64,000 nt of DNA from Synechococcus sp. (GTDB taxonomy: Bacteria; Cyanobacteriota; Cyanobacteriia; PCC-6307; Cyanobiaceae). How positions within the stretch are numbered: position 1 is the stretch's first letter; each line of letters opens with the position of its first letter. A program made the position numbers and the translations under genes. The stretch covers positions 800,001 through 864,000 of the forward strand of contig JBJBCN010000002.1 in NCBI GenBank assembly GCA_047285805.1, given 5' to 3'. The notes beneath the pieces were generated by a model that was given only the letters and a program-made list of their open reading frames with translations, ran no database searches and was not told where the DNA came from. Of this stretch, positions 60,913-64,000 are shown piece after piece.

Positions 60913-63900
60913 ATGCCCCTCTCCGCCCTGGTGCGCCAACTGCAGCAGGTGCCCCTCAGTGGAGAGGTGCTGCAGCGGTGCTCCCGGGACGAGCGGCTGC
61001 GGCTCTCCGGAGCGGGACGCGGAGCCCGCGCCCTGATCAGCAGTGTCCTAGCCAGCTGCGCGGAAGCCCCATTGCTGGTGGTAGTGCCAACCCTCGAGGA
61101 GGCCGGCCGCTGGGCGGCGCTGCTCGAGCTCATGAACTGGAACAGCGCCCAGCTCTATCCCACCAGCGAGGGCAGCCCCTACGAGCCCTTTGATCCCACC
61201 AGCGAGATCACCTGGGGACAACTCCAGGTCCTCAGCGAACTCCTGGATGCCGAAAGCCGCTGCGCGATCGTCGCCACCGAGCGATCCCTGCAACCACATC
61301 TGCCGCCGCCGGCAGCCCTGCAGGCCCAGTGCCTCAGTCTGCGCAAGGGGGATGAATTTGACCTCGAGGCCCTCGGCGAAACCCTGACCCGCCTGGGTTA
61401 CGAGCGGGTCACGAGCATTGAGCAGGAGGGCAGTTGGAGCCGTCGCGGCGACATCGTCGATGTCTTCCCTGTCAGCTCGGAACTCCCCGTCCGTCTGGAA
61501 TTCTTCGGTGAGGAGCTAGAGAAGCTGCGGGAATTCGACCCCGCCAGCCAGCGCTCCCTCGATCCCATCGAGGTGGTGCGTCTCACCCCAAGCGGCTACG
61601 GGCCCTTGATCGCTGATGCCCTGCGCGAGGGCATGCCGGAAGGCCTCGACCAACTGCTGAGCCCCGAAGCCAGCGAGCAACTGCTGGAAGGGGGCACACC
61701 GGAGGGGATGCGGCGGCTAATGGGCCTGGCCTGGAGCGAGCCGGCTTCCCTGCTCGATTACCTGCCCGAAGGCACCCTGATTGCCATCGATGAGCGGCGC
61801 CATTGCCTCTCCCACGGCCAGCAGTGGTTTGATCACGGCGTCGAGCACCACGCCGAGGTCTGCGCTGAACTCGGAATCGAGCTCCCAGCTGTCCTGCACC
61901 GCAGCCCCGAAGATGCCCTGGCGGCTACAGAGCGCTTCCAAGGCTTTGACCTGGCTGAGCTGCAGGAAAGCGACAACCACCCAAACAACTTCGATCTCTC
62001 CAGCCGGCCCGTGCCGGCCTACCCCAACCAATTCGGCAAGCTCGCCGAGCTGATCAAAGGCTTCCAGAAGGAGAGGGCCCGGGTTTGGCTGCTCTCCGCC
62101 CAGCCCAGCCGCGCTGTAGCCCTGCTGGAGGAGCACGACTGCATAAGCCGCTTTGTCCCCAACCCGGCCGATCGTCCGGCCATCGATCGGCTGATCGAAC
62201 AGAACACCCCCGTCGCCCTCAAGACGAAGGGCACCGCCGAACTCGAGGGCCTGCAATTGCCGGCCTGGAAGCTCGCGTTGATTACCGACCGGGAATTCTT
62301 CGGTCAGCACTCCCTGGCCGCCAGCGGCTACGTACGGCGCCGGCGCAAGGCCGCGAGCCGCACGGTTGATCCCAACAAGATGCAGCCGGGAGATTTCGTG
62401 GTGCACCGCAACCACGGCATCGGCAAGTTCCTGAAGCTCGAGAAGCTCGCGATTGGCAGCGAGGTCCGCGATTACCTCGTCGTCCAGTACGCCGATGGCC
62501 TACTGCGGGTCGCCGCCGACCAGCTCGGCAGCCTCGGTCGCTACCGCGCCACCAGCGACAGGCCGCCGGACCTCAACCGCATGGGGGGCACCGCCTGGAA
62601 CAAGGCCAAAGAACGCGCCCGCAAGGCAGTGCGCAAGGTGGCCCTCGATCTGGTCAAGCTCTACGCCGAACGGCATAAGGCACCCGGTTTCGCCTTCCCC
62701 GTGGATGGCCCCTGGCAGAACGAACTCGAGGATTCCTTCCCCTACGAGCCCACACCGGATCAGGTCAAAGCGATTGCCGATGTGAAACGGGACATGGAGC
62801 AACCCCAGCCGATGGACCGCCTCGTTTGCGGCGATGTCGGCTTCGGCAAAACCGAGGTGGCGATCCGGGCGATCTTCAAGGCCGTGACCGCCGGCAAGCA
62901 AGTGGCGATGCTCGCCCCGACAACCGTGCTGGCGCAGCAGCACTGGCGTTCACTCTCCGAGCGATTTGCCCCTTATCCGATCAAGGTCAGCCTGCTCAAC
63001 CGCTTCCGTACCACCAGTGAGCGCAAGGTGATCCAAGAGGGGCTCGGTGAAGGAACCGTGGACGTCGTCGTCGGCACCCACCAATTGCTCGGCAAGGGCA
63101 CCCAGTTCAAGGAGCTCGGCCTGCTCGTCGTCGACGAGGAGCAGCGCTTTGGCGTCAACCAGAAGGAAAAGATCAAGGCCCTGCGCAAGGACGTCGACGT
63201 CCTGACCCTCTCGGCAACCCCGATCCCGCGCACGCTCTACATGAGCCTCTCTGGGGTCCGCGAGATGAGCCTGATAACGACGCCACCGCCGTTGCGTAGG
63301 CCAATCAAGACCCACCTGGCGGCCCTCGACGAAGAGGCCGTGCGCAGTGCGATCCGTCAGGAACTCGATCGTGGCGGTCAGATCTTCTACGTCGTCCCCC
63401 GGGTGGAGGGCATCGAGGAGGTAGCCGGAGGGCTTCGGCAGATGATCCCCGGGCTACGGCTCCTGGTCGCCCACGGTCAGATGGCGGAAGGCGAACTGGA
63501 GAGCGCCATGGTGGCCTTCAACGCCGGAGAGGCAGACCTGATGCTCTGCACCACGATCGTAGAGAGCGGCCTGGACATCCCTCGGGTTAACACGATCCTG
63601 ATTGAGGACGCCCACAAGTTCGGCCTCGCCCAGCTCTATCAGCTGCGCGGTCGCGTCGGCCGCAGCGGCATCCAAGCCCACGCCTGGCTCTTCTATCCAG
63701 GGGACGCCTCCCTGAGCGATGCGGCCCGGCAACGCTTGCGTGCCATTCAGGAGTTCGCCCAGCTGGGCAGCGGCTACCAACTGGCCATGCGCGACATGGA
63801 GATTCGCGGCGTCGGCAACCTGCTGGGGGTCGAGCAGAGCGGCCAGATGGAGACGATCGGTTTTGACCTCTATATGGAGATGCTCCAGGAATCTCTGGCG

Positions 63901-64000
63901 GAAATCCAGGGCCAGGACATCCCGGCGGTGGATGAGACCCAGATCGACCTGCAGCTCACCGCTTTTATCCCCGGCGACTGGATTAGCGAAAACGACGAGA
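60913..64000 (+). CDS. mfd: Transcription-repair coupling factor (3' truncated by window)
   Basis: Hand-read frame from ATG 60913: [50 protein letters not shown]; in frame to the window end. Confidence 0.96.
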   Translation, partial: MPLSALVRQLQQVPLSGEVLQRCSRDERLRLSGAGRGARALISSVLASCAEAPLLVVVPTLEEAGRWAALLELMNWNSAQLYPTSEGSPYEPFDPTSEITWGQLQVLSELLDAESRCAIVATERSLQPHLPPPAALQAQCLSLRKGDEFDLEALGETLTRLGYERVTSIEQEGSWSRRGDIVDVFPVSSELPVRLEFFGEELEKLREFDPASQRSLDPIEVVRLTPSGYGPLIADALREGMPEGLDQLLSPEASEQLLEGGTPEGMRRLMGLAWSEPASLLDYLPEGTLIAIDERRHCLSHGQQWFDHGVEHHAEVCAELGIELPAVLHRSPEDALAATERFQGFDLAELQESDNHPNNFDLSSRPVPAYPNQFGKLAELIKGFQKERARVWLLSAQPSRAVALLEEHDCISRFVPNPADRPAIDRLIEQNTPVALKTKGTAELEGLQLPAWKLALITDREFFGQHSLAASGYVRRRRKAASRTVDPNKMQPGDFVVHRNHGIGKFLKLEKLAIGSEVRDYLVVQYADGLLRVAADQLGSLGRYRATSDRPPDLNRMGGTAWNKAKERARKAVRKVALDLVKLYAERHKAPGFAFPVDGPWQNELEDSFPYEPTPDQVKAIADVKRDMEQPQPMDRLVCGDVGFGKTEVAIRAIFKAVTAGKQVAMLAPTTVLAQQHWRSLSERFAPYPIKVSLLNRFRTTSERKVIQEGLGEGTVDVVVGTHQLLGKGTQFKELGLLVVDEEQRFGVNQKEKIKALRKDVDVLTLSATPIPRTLYMSLSGVREMSLITTPPPLRRPIKTHLAALDEEAVRSAIRQELDRGGQIFYVVPRVEGIEEVAGGLRQMIPGLRLLVAHGQMAEGELESAMVAFNAGEADLMLCTTIVESGLDIPRVNTILIEDAHKFGLAQLYQLRGRVGRSGIQAHAWLFYPGDASLSDAARQRLRAIQEFAQLGSGYQLAMRDMEIRGVGNLLGVEQSGQMETIGFDLYMEMLQESLAEIQGQDIPAVDETQIDLQLTAFIPGDWISENDE

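Noticed and set aside
1..64000. HIP1 (GCGATCGC) enrichment, tRNA/rRNA, IS or prophage
   Set aside because: Only scattered HIP1 copies noticed (not counted systematically); no cloverleaf, rRNA, transposase, integrase or phage structural motifs seen.

Overview
High-GC picocyanobacterial chromosome segment, Synechococcus/Cyanobium-like. The placement rests on the proteobacterial-type phosphoribulokinase, class II CBB aldolase, psb30, acsF and an NdhV-like gene. From about 11.3 kb onward it is mostly conserved housekeeping genome: hisA, a Fur-family regulator, fumC, ruvX-DUF3727-yqeG-proB-lpxD-leuB-prk, pilD-accD, fbaA, thrC-like plus a sulfur carrier, ftsH, rpmF, recJ, ubiX, acsF, tldD/pmbA, fmt, a DEAD-box helicase and a partial mfd. 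The first ~11 kb is an accessory patch. A DNA ligase / Lhr-like helicase / PdeM repair module is interrupted by ~6.7 kb containing small orphan genes, a Trp-rich tandem-repeat ORF, a PRTase plus nucleoside deoxyribosyltransferase pair behind a structured leader, and a ~2 kb AT-rich islet. Most notable observations: (1) an in-frame TIGR02450-like Trp-rich domain fused to HisA; (2) an Rrf2/IscR-like operator before the thrC-like/sulfur-carrier pair; (3) a candidate three-way-junction leader RNA; (4) an RNB protein lacking its catalytic residues; (5) several decayed pseudogenes. I found no rRNA, tRNA, CRISPR array, integrase or transposase. No complete new multi-gene system is evident. All family calls come from motif recognition by eye, not database searches.
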